Shown here: positions 1 to 10,371 of the stretch, in pieces
How positions within the stretch are numbered: position 1 is the first letter of the stretch
Layout: each line of letters starts with the position of its first letter
Position numbers and translations under genes: made by a program
Assembly: GCA_963842085.1 (NCBI GenBank)
Contig: CAWJET010000001.1
Coordinates: 800,001-864,000, forward strand
DNA length: 64,000 nucleotides
Direction: 5' to 3'
DNA from: an uncultured delta proteobacterium
GTDB lineage: Bacteria > Desulfobacterota > Binatia > Binatales > Binataceae
The notes under the pieces: model-generated
What the model saw: only the letters and a program-made list of their open reading frames with translations
Database searches by the model: none
What the model was told of the DNA's origin: nothing

Positions 1-344
1 CCATAGGCATAAGCGCCGTCGTCAAACAGGAACTCGTAGTAGCTATCGCCTCCGCCTTTGATGGACTTGCCGCTCTGGTCGATCCCAATCCAGCCCACTC
101 CGGGCCCGTAGCTGTTGTCCTCAAGGCTGCCATCGATGCCGGTGCCGTCCCAGCATCCGCCGAAATCCAGGGGTAGCGCCTTGTCCGGCTGCGTGGCAAC
201 AGATGGAGCTGAAACCACACCGTCGTCGCCAGCCGGCGAAGCCGTGTCATGGGCGCGCGCGAAGCTGGCCGAGCCCGCGATGAGGCCCGATACGAAAACA
301 ACCGCAGCCGCCGACATCGTCAGATACTTCAAAGGTCCTTTCAT
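1..344 (-). CDS. secreted hypothetical protein (partial, runs off window start)
   Basis: Manual translation MKGPLKYLTMSAAAVVFVSGLIAGSASFARAHDT...FGGCWDGTGIDG... shows a signal peptide. GGGAGG RBS upstream of the ATG at 344. Confidence 0.7.
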   Translation of the reverse strand, partial: MKGPLKYLTMSAAAVVFVSGLIAGSASFARAHDTASPAGDDGVVSAPSVATQPDKALPLDFGGCWDGTGIDGSLEDNSYGPGVGWIGIDQSGKSIKGGGDSYYEFLFDDGAYAY

Positions 345-511
345 TACCAAAGTCCCTCCCAGACAACTTTTGCAGGCGTCTTCGCCAATTCCATTGCTCA
401 TTTACCTCTTTTAGATGTCCATAACGTCAACGGCGGTACGAAACCACATTTATCCAGCATCTCTAGTCATTTCAAGCCTTGATTTGTAGCAACCGACTCT
501 GGGTCCTGATT

Positions 512-1504
512 TTAGGCAAGTGCGCGTGGTGGAAGGCCTGCCGCCCTGTAAACGTCGTCGATCACGCGCATATTGATGATTCCCTGGGTCCCGTCGGTGG
601 GAAACGTGGCCTCGCCGCGCACGGCCTTGACGAACGCGCGCAACTGATGGGTAAAAGTCGTGTCGCCCGGCACCGTCTCGTTCTTTTCTCCCGCGCCTGT
701 CTTTACCGTGAGCTGATGCCCGCGATGGGGCGCGATGGGATTCGTAACGCGCAGTTCCCCGCGCTCGCCGCGCGCCGTGAATGACGCCCGAAGCGGCGAG
801 TCCTTCTTCATCGCACAGCTCATCGTGGCCGTCACGCCGCCTGCGAGTTCGAGCGCCGCCTCCATCGTGATGTCGATGTCCTTGGGTCCGATTTCCGCCT
901 TGGCGCTGATCACCCGGGGCGTCAGTCCCGAGAAATAGCGAATCATGTGGAGCGGGTAGCATCCCAAATCCATCGTGGCGCCGCCGGCGAGGCTCCAATC
1001 GAAGCGTATGTTCGATTCGGGGATCGGCACCGAAAACTGGCCCTCGACGTGGACCAGGCGGCCGAGCGTCCCGTCGTTCATAAGCGCATGGATTCGGTCG
1101 GCAAGCGGATGATAGCGGTAGTGGAACGCCTCGCCGAGAATCTTTCCGGTCTCAGCCGCCGCCTTCGCCATCCGCTCAGCCTCGACCGCGTTGGAAGCTA
1201 TCGGCTTTTCACACAGCACGTGCTTGCTCGCGCGTAGTGCCGCGATCGTCCATCGGCAATGAAGCGAGTTGGGCAGCGGGTTGTAAATGACATCGAGCTC
1301 GGGGTCGTTGACTAAGTCGTCGTACGTCGTGTGCACCTTCGGAATACCGTGGGCGGCCGCGAATTCCTGCGCTCGCTTCGGGTCGCGCGCCGCGACCGCG
1401 ACGACTTCAGCATCCGGCACGTTTTGCGCCGCCTTGATCAACGCATCCGGCGTAATTCGCGCCGCGCCGAGTATTCCAAACCGGATCGAGCGTTGTTTTG
1501 CCAT
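512..1504 (-). CDS. Gfo/Idh/MocA family oxidoreductase
   Basis: RFGILGAARI Rossmann start, YNPLPNSLH, HVLCEKP and GGATMDLGCY motifs. Start placed at MAKQRS. Confidence 0.93.
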   Translation of the reverse strand: MAKQRSIRFGILGAARITPDALIKAAQNVPDAEVVAVAARDPKRAQEFAAAHGIPKVHTTYDDLVNDPELDVIYNPLPNSLHCRWTIAALRASKHVLCEKPIASNAVEAERMAKAAAETGKILGEAFHYRYHPLADRIHALMNDGTLGRLVHVEGQFSVPIPESNIRFDWSLAGGATMDLGCYPLHMIRYFSGLTPRVISAKAEIGPKDIDITMEAALELAGGVTATMSCAMKKDSPLRASFTARGERGELRVTNPIAPHRGHQLTVKTGAGEKNETVPGDTTFTHQLRAFVKAVRGEATFPTDGTQGIINMRVIDDVYRAAGLPPRALA

Positions 1505-1654
1505 CACGCGATTGTATGTGAAGCCCGCCTTGGGTTTCACGCGTCCCCGCGCAGGGGTTATCCCCTGCACCTTACCACTAAGCTGAAGACGTTTGTTAAC
1601 CGCCCATGAATTCTGCGAGAATCGCCGCAATCCATCGTACCGAGGTTCATCCAC

Positions 1655-3199
1655 ATGGGCGCGACTGTTTCGATCCATCAAGGCAAGCTCGACGGCGACG
1701 AGCAGGGCGGACTATTCGTCTTCAAGGGTATCCCGTTTGCGGCGCCTCCCACCGGCGCGCGCCGATGGCTCCCGCCCGAGAAGCCCGCGTCGTGGAGCGG
1801 TGTGCGCGACGCCCGCCGTTTCGGCGCGGTGGCTCATCAGAACAGCGTGATGCTGAGCGCGCTCTCCGCGATGGTGATCGAGGGCGAGCAATCCGAGGAT
1901 TGCCTCTCGCTCAACGTCTGGACTCCCGCGCTCGGCGGCAAGCGCCGGCCGGTGATGGTCTGGATTCACGGCGGCGCGTTCACGATCGGCTCCGGCTCGC
2001 AGGCGCTCTACGACGGTTCGGTTCTCGCACGACGCGGCGACGTGGTCGTAGTCACGGTCAACTATCGTCTCGGGCCACTGGGCTTTCTCCGGCTGGCGGA
2101 CGTGACCGGCGGCAAAATTCCGGCGACCGGCAACGAAGGGATGCTCGATCAAGTCGCGGCGCTCGAATGGGTTCGCGACAACATCGCCGAGTTCGGCGGC
2201 GACCCCGGCAACGTCACCATCTTCGGCGAGTCGGCCGGCGGCATGAGTGTCGGAACTCTACTCGCGATGCCCGCCGCGCGCGGCCTGTTCCACAAGGCGA
2301 TACCGCAAAGCGGCGCATGTCACACCGGCGCCCCGGTCGCGCGCGCGAACCGCGCTGCAGAGCGAGTCCTGTCGAAGCTCCACGTCCAGCCCGGCGACGC
2401 CGCCGCCATCCGTGCGCTGACACCTGCGCAATTGCTCACTGGCACGCTGCTCGACGACGGCAAAACGCCCGACCCGGAACTCGGGATGGCGTATCAGCCG
2501 GTGGCCGACGGTACTCACGTGCCGCGCACTGCGATCGAGATGGTTGCAGACGGCTCGGCGGCGGGCGTGGCCGTGATGGTCGGTTCGACGCTCGAGGAGT
2601 GGAAATTGTTCTCCTTGATGGATCCTTCGTTGTACCAACTCGACCGCGCGGGACTCGGCGCGCGTATCAGCAGGCGCCTGGCCGCTCCTGCAGCCGACGC
2701 ACTGGCGGATTCGTACGAAAAGGCGCGCGCCGCGCGCGGCGAGTCCGTCACACCCGCCGACCTGTTCACCGCAATCGAGACCGACCGCGTTTTCCGCATT
2801 CCCGGCGTCCGCCTGGCGCAAGTCCAACGCCGCCACGACTCGCGCGTTTACAGTTATCTCTTCACGTGGCCGTCGCCTGCGATGGGCGGTGTGCTCGGCT
2901 CATGCCATGCACTCGAGCTCGGCTTCGTCTTCGGCACCAATCACATCCCCGGGATGGCCGCGTTCGCAGGCACCGGTGCGGCCGCAGAAAAGCTCGCAAC
3001 CCAGATGCAGGACGCGTGGCTGGCGTTTGCGCGTTCAGGCGACCCAAGCTGCGAGAGCGCCGGCACGTGGACGAGTTACGACCAAGCGCACCGGCCAACG
3101 ATGGTCTTCGGCGCGAATACGAGACTCGAAGACGCGCCGCGCGACCAAGAGCGCCGCGCGTGGGACACGATCCCAGATCACATCTTCGGCGCGCTCTAG
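1655..3199 (+). CDS. carboxylesterase type B (para-nitrobenzyl esterase-like)
   Basis: FKGIPFA, EDCLSLNVWTP, WIHGGAF, GESAGG nucleophile elbow and CHALE catalytic His. Confidence 0.95.
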   Translation: MGATVSIHQGKLDGDEQGGLFVFKGIPFAAPPTGARRWLPPEKPASWSGVRDARRFGAVAHQNSVMLSALSAMVIEGEQSEDCLSLNVWTPALGGKRRPVMVWIHGGAFTIGSGSQALYDGSVLARRGDVVVVTVNYRLGPLGFLRLADVTGGKIPATGNEGMLDQVAALEWVRDNIAEFGGDPGNVTIFGESAGGMSVGTLLAMPAARGLFHKAIPQSGACHTGAPVARANRAAERVLSKLHVQPGDAAAIRALTPAQLLTGTLLDDGKTPDPELGMAYQPVADGTHVPRTAIEMVADGSAAGVAVMVGSTLEEWKLFSLMDPSLYQLDRAGLGARISRRLAAPAADALADSYEKARAARGESVTPADLFTAIETDRVFRIPGVRLAQVQRRHDSRVYSYLFTWPSPAMGGVLGSCHALELGFVFGTNHIPGMAAFAGTGAAAEKLATQMQDAWLAFARSGDPSCESAGTWTSYDQAHRPTMVFGANTRLEDAPRDQERRAWDTIPDHIFGAL

Positions 3200-3216
3200 G
3201 AGCCCACAGGATTGTC

Positions 3217-3247
3217 CCCCTTCCCACTACGGAAATATGGGAAGGGG
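3217..3247. terminator. hairpin between convergent genes (REP-like / bidirectional terminator)
   Basis: CCCCTTCCCA-N11-TGGGAAGGGG inverted repeat. Confidence 0.55.
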
Positions 3248-3267
3248 TCAGGTTTACCGCCCGCGCG

Positions 3268-6200
3268 TCACTCCAGCGATAGATCGACGCGCGTGGTCTT
3301 GCCCTGATCCTTGATTCCGCTGGCGTCCATCTTCGGCGCGACTATGAACATTCGCGCCGCGTCCACCTGTTTCGTGCTCAGGTACGCGCGCACCGCATTG
3401 GCCCGCGCGTCCGCCAGATGCTGCAAGTCCTGATCGGTCACGGGAGTGTTGGCGAAAATCAGTTTCTTCATCTCATCCGGCGGCTCGGTCTTCGCCAAGC
3501 CAACCAGGTCGCGCGGCTTCTTGAAGTCTCCCGCGCTGTAGACCTTCGCCAGGTACTTGTTGTAGTCCGCCGTCGAGAGCGGGGCGCTTTTGCCGTTCGC
3601 CTCCGCGCTATCTCCCTCGGCCTTGTGCCTGAGCACCTGAATACTGTGATCGAGTGACGCTTCGCGGTAGCCGTCCTGGTCGAATTCGGGATCGACGCGC
3701 CCGCAAATGTTGAGTTTCAACGCGGGCCGATCGGCCAACGCCTTCGCGATCGTATCCAGCTTCTGCTGACTGTCCGGCGTCAACGTCGCGTAGCCGGGCG
3801 CAAATTCTATATAGCCGAGGTCTTGCTGCGCGCCGCTGCCGCCGCCGAACGCGGCTGCTATCAACGAGAACGGCGCCGTTGCGGCCCTGACGATCAGGTT
3901 CATGAACGCGCCCAGGATGACGCTGCCGATGCTGAATTGCGGATCCGACAGCGACCCCGATATCGGGACTCGCACGTCGATTACTCCCTTCGAATTCTTG
4001 AGCAATGAAACCGCGAGTCGAATCGGCAGGTTGGTCGCGTCCGGGCTGTCTACGTGATCGCCGAACGTCAGTTGATCGATGAAAATGTGGTTATCGGCCG
4101 TCAGCTTCCCGGCGTCCAGCAGGTAATGTACATCGACGGTCAGCGTGCCTTTGACGATCGGATAGCCGGTGTACTTGGTCGTGTACGGCGAGAGCCCGGT
4201 CAGTTCGACCCCGTCGGCCTTTGCCTTGATATCGACGAATGCAGTGGGCGCGAGCGGATTTATCGATCCGTCGATATTGATGGGCGCGCTGCCGTTAATT
4301 TTTCCATCGAGTGAAACGTCCGCCGGCGTTGTGGACTTCGTCCCGAACGCACCGATGCTGCCCTCCATGTCGCTCAGGTTCGCGGTGTAGTTGGGCTTGA
4401 TAAAGTTGTCGGTGTAATCGACCTTGCCGCCCTTGAGTGTGATCTTGCTCAACTCGACGTCGGCGTTCATCGGCTGACCCGCGTATGGCTGCGCCGGACT
4501 CGCCTCCGCCGCCGGAGACGCTTCAGGAGCTGTCGCCGCGGACTGGCTCGGTGCGGCCGCCGGAGTCGGCGTCGCGGTCGGCGCCACTGGAACCGCGCCT
4601 TTCGAACCCGGTGCTCCAGTCGCTCGCGTCAGCGACGTCGGCGCCTCCTGTGGGCCCGCCGTGATGTCTTTCAGGTTCAGCTTGCCGTTGCTGTTGAGAA
4701 TGACCCGCGAATAAAAATCGTTCAGCGCGATCAAACCAACGTGTACTTTGGGCGGACCTTTGCCGAGCGCGAAGTCGATGCGGTTCACGTTCAGCGCGGC
4801 CATTCTGAAAAACAGATCGTTGGTCAGCTTGTCGAGCATCCGCACGCTGCCGAGCGAGGCGTCGCCTTTGTAGCTGACGAGAAAATCCTTGCGCACCTGT
4901 TCCAGGCCGACCGCCCCGTCCATCGTCAGGTTCGCGCTCGTGATCTTCGCGTTCATCCTGCTGCTCACGTACGGATCCGCAAATGCCAGGTCCAGTCGCC
5001 TGGTCGCGATGCGCAGGTTGGCCTTGAGCGGCGCAACCGTCGCCGTGCCGGTAACTTTGAAGGTGCCCTTGCGATTCAGCGTGCCGTCAACATCGACAGC
5101 AAAAGGTTTGCTGAAATCGCTCGACACATCCTTCAGATGCAGATTCAGCGGCGCCACCACTACTTTGACCGGTTGCGGCGCGCTCTCGTCGATGAAGGTG
5201 GCGTCAGTCTGCTCCAGCGCGACCGAGGCGACCTTGAATTGAAAATTCTGCGGCGGCGGCGCAACGGTGAGCTGCTGGCCGTTCTGGTTGATGCTTAGCG
5301 GGACGGGTTTGCGCACCGCCCGCCTGCTCTCGCGCGGCATTCGCCTCCGCTCGCGCGCAGTCGAGCCCTCGCTGCGGGGCGGTGGCGATGCGCCGCGCAT
5401 CAGCGACTCGAGACTCAATTTCCCGTCGCGCTCGCGGCGAACGAACAGCTGCATCCCGTCGCTTTTCACTTCGGTGACGGCCGCCTGGCGCGACGCCAAA
5501 TCGAACTGCCCGAGCGAGACGCTGAAATTTTTCCACTGCACCGGTTTTTCGCGCTCGTGCGGCGCATCGAGCTCGAAATTCGCAATCGCGACGCTGGCCG
5601 GCTCCGCATGCACGTTGAAATGACCGCTCGCGAAGTGCGTCTGCACGTTGGCCTTCGCGCTGAACTTGCCCGAGGCCACGCTGGCCGCCAGAAATTTCTG
5701 CGCGAACGGTTGCAACGCCGGCAGATCGATCTGATCGATCGACACGTCGGTCGTAGCCTGCGAATCCGCGAGGTCCAGCGCGCCCTTGACCGCGACCGCG
5801 CCGCCGCTGTGAATGTTGCCGGTGAGGTAGAACGTCGCCGGCGATTTCCCAAGCGTCCGAAGATTCTTCACTCCGACCTCGAGCGCATCCAGCGCCGCCG
5901 CCGCGGGAGTCGCACTACTGTTATCCTGCAGGTCCACTCCGCTCTTCGTGAGAACGAACGACTCCAACTGAAAATCCATCGGCGGTTTTGACGTTGACGG
6001 TCCCGCCACCGCCGTAGCCGGCTGCGTTATGGTGCCGGCGGGCGGCGTTGCCGTTGGAGCAGCAGCCGGCGCCGCGCCGCCGCTCGCCAGCGCCGAGAGA
6101 TTGTTGGTGCCGTCGGGATTCAGCCTCAGATTTGCGAGCAGTCCATCGATCCAGATCGATTTCAGGTGGAACACCGCGCCGAGCGGCTCCACGTCGGTCA

Positions 6201-7206
6201 GCTTCACCTCGGCGTGCTTGAGCGCGACCAGCGGTGCATCGGCGTGGTCGTGAACCTCGAACTGATCGAGAGCCACGATCCCGTTCAGGCGAATCAGCGG
6301 CTGCGGTTGCGCCTGCACGAAATGCAGATACAGGTCGGCCGACAACGCCCCACTCGGGACTTTTACCGGCAGCTTCATCGGCGCGTAACTGACGTAGAGC
6401 GGGAGGTCGAGGCGATGCAACTTCAGATCGATCACCGAGTCGCGCGTCGCCTGGAATGGCTTGGACACGCCGGCAAGCCTGAGCGGGCTGCCATCGATCA
6501 CCATCTGCACCAGCGGTTGCACGAACACGTCAACGTCCGACGGCAGGTTGGCGATGAACGGCACGTTGATCTCAATCTTGTCGATCTTGTGTTGCTTGCC
6601 GAGCAACCGATCGTCGATCGTCACTTCACCGTCGCGCAGTTCAATATTCGAAACCGCGAATTTCATCGGCGCGCTCGGCGCCGCCGGTTTCGGTTTCTCG
6701 GGCGCCGGCGCGCTCTCGAGCAGATCGGAAAAGTTGAATTTCTGTTGGGACTCGCGAACGACGTGTATCTGCGGCCGCTCGACCAGGACCTCGCCAACCA
6801 CCGGCGCAAACCTGAACAACGACATCCATGAAACCTTCACCCTCAGATGCCCGAGATCGACGAACGATTTCTGCGGATCGTCGCGCTCGCCGACGTGAAG
6901 CTGGTAAAGGTCGAGCTTCAGCCGATAAAGATTAAATCGAATTTTGCCGACGCTGACCTGGCGATGGATGCTGGCGGCGACCGGACCGGTCACCACGTGC
7001 CGCAGCACTGGCGGAACTGCGAGGTAAAGCGCCGGGCCGATAAACAGCAAGACCGCGACGACGATCACGCCGACTTTGCGCACTCGCCGCGAACGCCCAA
7101 CCTCCTGCGCGCGCGCGACCCACGGCTTGCTCGGGTGGAACGCCGCCCTCAAATGCCCGAGCGCGGTCTCCAGGTACTCGAGCGCACGATTGAGAAAGTT
7201 GCCCAT
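3268..7206 (-). CDS. DUF748 repeat (AsmA-like) envelope protein with C-terminal OmpA-like region
   Basis: N-terminal TM anchor, repeated beta-rich DUF748 segments, LLKNSKGVIDVRVPISGSLSDPQFS, and LADARANAVRAYL near the C-terminus. Confidence 0.88.
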   Translation of the reverse strand: MGNFLNRALEYLETALGHLRAAFHPSKPWVARAQEVGRSRRVRKVGVIVVAVLLFIGPALYLAVPPVLRHVVTGPVAASIHRQVSVGKIRFNLYRLKLDLYQLHVGERDDPQKSFVDLGHLRVKVSWMSLFRFAPVVGEVLVERPQIHVVRESQQKFNFSDLLESAPAPEKPKPAAPSAPMKFAVSNIELRDGEVTIDDRLLGKQHKIDKIEINVPFIANLPSDVDVFVQPLVQMVIDGSPLRLAGVSKPFQATRDSVIDLKLHRLDLPLYVSYAPMKLPVKVPSGALSADLYLHFVQAQPQPLIRLNGIVALDQFEVHDHADAPLVALKHAEVKLTDVEPLGAVFHLKSIWIDGLLANLRLNPDGTNNLSALASGGAAPAAAPTATPPAGTITQPATAVAGPSTSKPPMDFQLESFVLTKSGVDLQDNSSATPAAAALDALEVGVKNLRTLGKSPATFYLTGNIHSGGAVAVKGALDLADSQATTDVSIDQIDLPALQPFAQKFLAASVASGKFSAKANVQTHFASGHFNVHAEPASVAIANFELDAPHEREKPVQWKNFSVSLGQFDLASRQAAVTEVKSDGMQLFVRRERDGKLSLESLMRGASPPPRSEGSTARERRRMPRESRRAVRKPVPLSINQNGQQLTVAPPPQNFQFKVASVALEQTDATFIDESAPQPVKVVVAPLNLHLKDVSSDFSKPFAVDVDGTLNRKGTFKVTGTATVAPLKANLRIATRRLDLAFADPYVSSRMNAKITSANLTMDGAVGLEQVRKDFLVSYKGDASLGSVRMLDKLTNDLFFRMAALNVNRIDFALGKGPPKVHVGLIALNDFYSRVILNSNGKLNLKDITAGPQEAPTSLTRATGAPGSKGAVPVAPTATPTPAAAPSQSAATAPEASPAAEASPAQPYAGQPMNADVELSKITLKGGKVDYTDNFIKPNYTANLSDMEGSIGAFGTKSTTPADVSLDGKINGSAPINIDGSINPLAPTAFVDIKAKADGVELTGLSPYTTKYTGYPIVKGTLTVDVHYLLDAGKLTADNHIFIDQLTFGDHVDSPDATNLPIRLAVSLLKNSKGVIDVRVPISGSLSDPQFSIGSVILGAFMNLIVRAATAPFSLIAAAFGGGSGAQQDLGYIEFAPGYATLTPDSQQKLDTIAKALADRPALKLNICGRVDPEFDQDGYREASLDHSIQVLRHKAEGDSAEANGKSAPLSTADYNKYLAKVYSAGDFKKPRDLVGLAKTEPPDEMKKLIFANTPVTDQDLQHLADARANAVRAYLSTKQVDAARMFIVAPKMDASGIKDQGKTTRVDLSLE

Positions 7207-7286
7207 GAGACTTGAGCCCGCCTGACGCTGCCAGCGTGAGCCGCCGCCGGCCAATAGTCAATTGATCGCAAACGGCTTGGATGTGG

Positions 7287-7670
7287 CTATCGATTATGGA
7301 TACCGAGCCAGCGCCTGCGGTCTTCGACAATCGGCCTTTGACTCTTCAACAGCGTGTACGCTTCATCGAGCGTCTTGCCGCGTTTCGTTTTCAGAAACCA
7401 CGCCACCACCAACGGCGCGCGTTCGCATCCTTCCTCGCAATGGACCAGCACCCGATGCCCCAGTGACAGCTCCTGGTCGATCAACGACGCCGTCCGGTCA
7501 AGCGTCACAACACCCTCAGCAAGGAACGGCATGTGAATAGCCTGCGGCGGTTCGCTCTCCGGCACGTCGGGTAGCACGCTGATAATCGTGCCCTCGAACC
7601 TCTGCGCATCCTGCAAATCGCCGACGAACAGGCCCGCAATTATCTCGCTCTCTTGCCAACTCGCGGCCAT
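7287..7670 (-). CDS. dual-specificity protein phosphatase family protein
   Basis: EIIAGLFVG N-terminus and VLVHCEEGCERAP C-x5-R loop. Confidence 0.85.
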   Translation of the reverse strand: MAASWQESEIIAGLFVGDLQDAQRFEGTIISVLPDVPESEPPQAIHMPFLAEGVVTLDRTASLIDQELSLGHRVLVHCEEGCERAPLVVAWFLKTKRGKTLDEAYTLLKSQRPIVEDRRRWLGIHNR

Positions 7671-7823
7671 CGGTCTATGCAGCTTGACGGGTGAACGAAC
7701 ATTGCGTCAACCTCGCGCCTTGAATCTGCCACGTAATCCGCTGGACCTACTTCCGTTTAGCTTGACCGGCGAAGAGCTGAAAGGCACGCTGGCCGCAGCA
7801 TTCTTGATTGGAGGTTGTTCGCG

Positions 7824-8225
7824 ATGACGAGGGGTAGCTGCCTATGTGGCGGCGTGGCATTCGAGGCCAGCGATCAAATCGAGCTCCGCAACTGTCATTG
7901 CTCGCGATGCCGCAAGGCGCGGGGCGCAGCATACGCGGCCAACCTGTTCGTGCCGGCAGGCGCATTTCGGTGGCTTCGCGGCGAAAACCTTGTCATCAAC
8001 TATCGCCTGCCGAACACGCAAAGATTTGGAAATTCGTTCTGCCGTATCTGCGGCAGTCCGATGCCGCGTGCGGTTCCGACTCGCGACGTCGTGCTGATTC
8101 CAGCCGGCGCGCTCGACGACGACCCGAAGATTCGGACCAACTATCACATCTACGTCGGCTCCAAGGCTCCTTGGCACGAGATCACCGACGCCTTGCCGCA
8201 ATATCCCGAGGGTCCCCCGGCTTGA
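7824..8225 (+). CDS. GFA (glutathione-dependent formaldehyde-activating) family Zn protein
   Basis: GSCLCGGV, CHCSRCRK, FCRICGS and HIYVGSKAPW motifs. GGAGG RBS. Confidence 0.92.
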   Translation: MTRGSCLCGGVAFEASDQIELRNCHCSRCRKARGAAYAANLFVPAGAFRWLRGENLVINYRLPNTQRFGNSFCRICGSPMPRAVPTRDVVLIPAGALDDDPKIRTNYHIYVGSKAPWHEITDALPQYPEGPPA

Positions 8226-8258
8226 CCTAACCTCTGGCCCCTCTCCCTTCAGGAGAGG
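8226..8258. repeat. CCCTCTCC/GGAGAGG palindromic intergenic repeat
   Basis: CCTAACCTCTGGCCCCTCTCCCTTCAGGAGAGG between convergent genes. Related copies near 10551, 10666 and 47761. Confidence 0.55.
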
Positions 8259-8288
8259 TGAAGCGGAGGTTCGAAGTCCTTGCTGAAG

Positions 8289-9188
8289 TTAGCTGTACTT
8301 TCGTTCCTGCCACCACGGGAAGTACGCGGGCATGTCCCTGGAAACCCTGTCCGGAAATTTCGCCGGACGTTTCTCCAGGAACGACGCGACGCCTTCCTTC
8401 ACATCCGCCGAAGAGCCGCGCGCAAAAATTCCGCGGCTGTCCACCTTGTGCGCTTGCATCGGATGGTCGGCGCCCGCCATCTTCCATAACATCTGGCGAA
8501 TCAGCGCAACCGACACCTGCGACGTGTTGTCAGCTATCTCGCGGGCGAGCGCCCGTGCCGCAGGAATGAGTTGATCCGGTTTGTAGATCTTTTTGACCAG
8601 CCCGCCTTCGAGCGCCTCTTCGGCCGGGAAGACGCGCCCCGTGAACGTCCACTCGAGCGCCTGCGAGATGCCGACGACCTTCGGCAGGAACCAGCTCGAG
8701 CACGCCTCCGGCACGATCCCGCGCCGCGCGAACACGAACCCGAAGCGCGCGTTCTCCGACGCCAGCCGCACGTCCATCGCCAGTTGCATCGTCACTCCGA
8801 CGCCGACCGCTGCTCCGTTCACCGCCGCGATCACCGGCTTCAGACACTCGAAGATGCGCAGCGTCAGCCGTCCGCCGCCGTCGCGAATCGCCTCGTTGCT
8901 CCAATCCACCGTGCCGTCGGCCCTGATCGCGGCGCGCCGGTCGGCGCGATCCTCGCGGGTCGAGTCGAACGTCCTGGGCCCCGCCGACAGATCCGCTCCC
9001 GCGCAGAACGCGCGCCCCGCGCCGGTCACGATAACCGCGCGCACGTTGTCGTCCGCGTCGGCCTTGTCGAACGCGTCGAGCATCTCGTTCATCATGATGC
9101 CGGTGAAGGCGTTGAGCTTCTCCGGCCGATTGAGCGTGATCGTCGCGATATTGTCCGCGACCTCGTAAATGATCTGTTCGTACGCCAT
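8289..9188 (-). CDS. crotonase/enoyl-CoA hydratase family protein
   Basis: TLNRPEKLNA, GRAFCAGADL, KPVIAAVNGAAVGVG and RRGIVPE motifs. Start at MAYEQ. Confidence 0.94.
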   Translation of the reverse strand: MAYEQIIYEVADNIATITLNRPEKLNAFTGIMMNEMLDAFDKADADDNVRAVIVTGAGRAFCAGADLSAGPRTFDSTREDRADRRAAIRADGTVDWSNEAIRDGGGRLTLRIFECLKPVIAAVNGAAVGVGVTMQLAMDVRLASENARFGFVFARRGIVPEACSSWFLPKVVGISQALEWTFTGRVFPAEEALEGGLVKKIYKPDQLIPAARALAREIADNTSQVSVALIRQMLWKMAGADHPMQAHKVDSRGIFARGSSADVKEGVASFLEKRPAKFPDRVSRDMPAYFPWWQERKYS

Positions 9189-9217
9189 CTGCCAATCTCC
9201 GTCGCCGCGCCGCTCGC

Positions 9218-9685
9218 CTACTTCACGAACAGCATCAGCGCTTCGTAAACTACTGCCGGTTTCTGCTGGCCGACGACCTGGATTTCCGTCTCGCGCGTGA
9301 GCATCGTGCCCATCGGCCGCTGCTCGACCGCGATCAGCCGCGAGCGCGCGTGCACGCTGGCGCCCGCCGGCACCGGCGCCACGAAGCGCAGCTTGTTCGC
9401 GCCGTAGTTCACCACGTTGCGGAACCCCGTGATCGCGTAATCCTCGGTGCTCTTGAACGCCGGCAGCAGGCTGAGCGTGAGAAAGCCGTGCGCGACCGGC
9501 CCGCCGAACGGACTTTCCTTCTTGCACCGCTCGATGTCGATATGAATCCACTGATGGTCGCCGGTCACGTCGGCGAACTGGTTGATTTTTTCCTGCGTGA
9601 CGTGAATCGGCTCGCTCCACGGACCGAACTCCTTGCCGATCTTCGCCGTGAGCGCCGGTATGTCGTCAAACTTGATCGTCTGCAT
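9218..9685 (-). CDS. MaoC family dehydratase
   Basis: FADVTGDHQWIH, PVAHGFLTLS and NYGANKLRF hot-dog-fold motifs. Confidence 0.93.
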   Translation of the reverse strand: MQTIKFDDIPALTAKIGKEFGPWSEPIHVTQEKINQFADVTGDHQWIHIDIERCKKESPFGGPVAHGFLTLSLLPAFKSTEDYAITGFRNVVNYGANKLRFVAPVPAGASVHARSRLIAVEQRPMGTMLTRETEIQVVGQQKPAVVYEALMLFVK

Positions 9686-9858
9686 CGTCGTTTTCTCCTG
9701 AGTTTTCGTTTGCAACGCACACACTGAAGTCTTTCACGGTTCTAGCCGAGTCGGGTTTCATAATGCAACTGACTCAACGCACCGTTAGGAACGGAGATGC
9801 GGCCGTGCGCGGACCGCCCGCTCCACGTTCGCTTCAGTCTGCAATCGCGTCAAGGAAT

Positions 9859-10239
9859 TTAGTAGCGCGGAGGGATTTCGATCGGGCCGGGACACACGCT
9901 CACTCGATCAGGGTGACGCGTTATCGTAATCGACAGCCCCGGAGCGTAGGTTGAGTCACCGGCTTGTAAATTCGCGAACTGACGGAATGAAAGGCCGTTT
10001 TCACGCAGCGTTGCTTGCGGCGCGCATCTGCTGCCGGAAGCACTTTCACCGGGCCCTAGGTCACTTTCAAGACTTCGACTTTTGTCTTGTAACGCCGATG
10101 ATGCGATCGCAGAACGTCCGGCAACGCAGTTCATCGATCCCGGGCAATCCGCACCGAGCGCGTATCCAAATGCGTATCCGAGCGCGATGAAGAGCACTAT
10201 CATCATCCAGAAGCCGAGGGAAAAAAACATCTTGGCCAT
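9859..10239 (-). CDS. hypothetical membrane-anchored/secreted protein
   Basis: GGAGG RBS before the ATG at 10239, an N-terminal hydrophobic segment, and a sigma54-like promoter just upstream. Confidence 0.55.
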   Translation of the reverse strand: MAKMFFSLGFWMMIVLFIALGYAFGYALGADCPGSMNCVAGRSAIASSALQDKSRSLESDLGPGESASGSRCAPQATLRENGLSFRQFANLQAGDSTYAPGLSITITRHPDRVSVCPGPIEIPPRY

Positions 10240-10266
10240 GACCGTCGTCCTCCGTAGGATCGAACG

Positions 10267-10282
10267 AGCACTTTCCATGCCC
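10267..10282 (-). promoter_or_regulatory. putative sigma54 (-24/-12) promoter
   Basis: Minus strand reads GGGCATGGAAAGTGCT (GG-N10-GC), close to TGGCACG-N4-TTGCW. The predicted start falls just upstream of the RBS of 9859..10239. Confidence 0.55.
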
Positions 10283-10371
10283 GAACGAACCACCAAGGAA
10301 TTCGAAACGATCTATGCGCGAGACCTGTAGAATTTACCGCTTTCCGGAGAGGCCGCGATCTTTCCTGATCG

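Noticed and set aside
1606-3282. Long alternative-frame and antisense ORFs over real genes (also 16085..17206, 22889..24301, 44088..45395, 61481..62725)
   Set aside because: Arg/Ala/Pro-rich shadow ORFs expected from high GC3 codon bias, with no motifs.
7684-7710. TTGACG-N15-CGTCAA inverted repeat in a divergent intergenic region
   Set aside because: Only 6-bp arms and no matching -10 elements, so it cannot be distinguished from chance.
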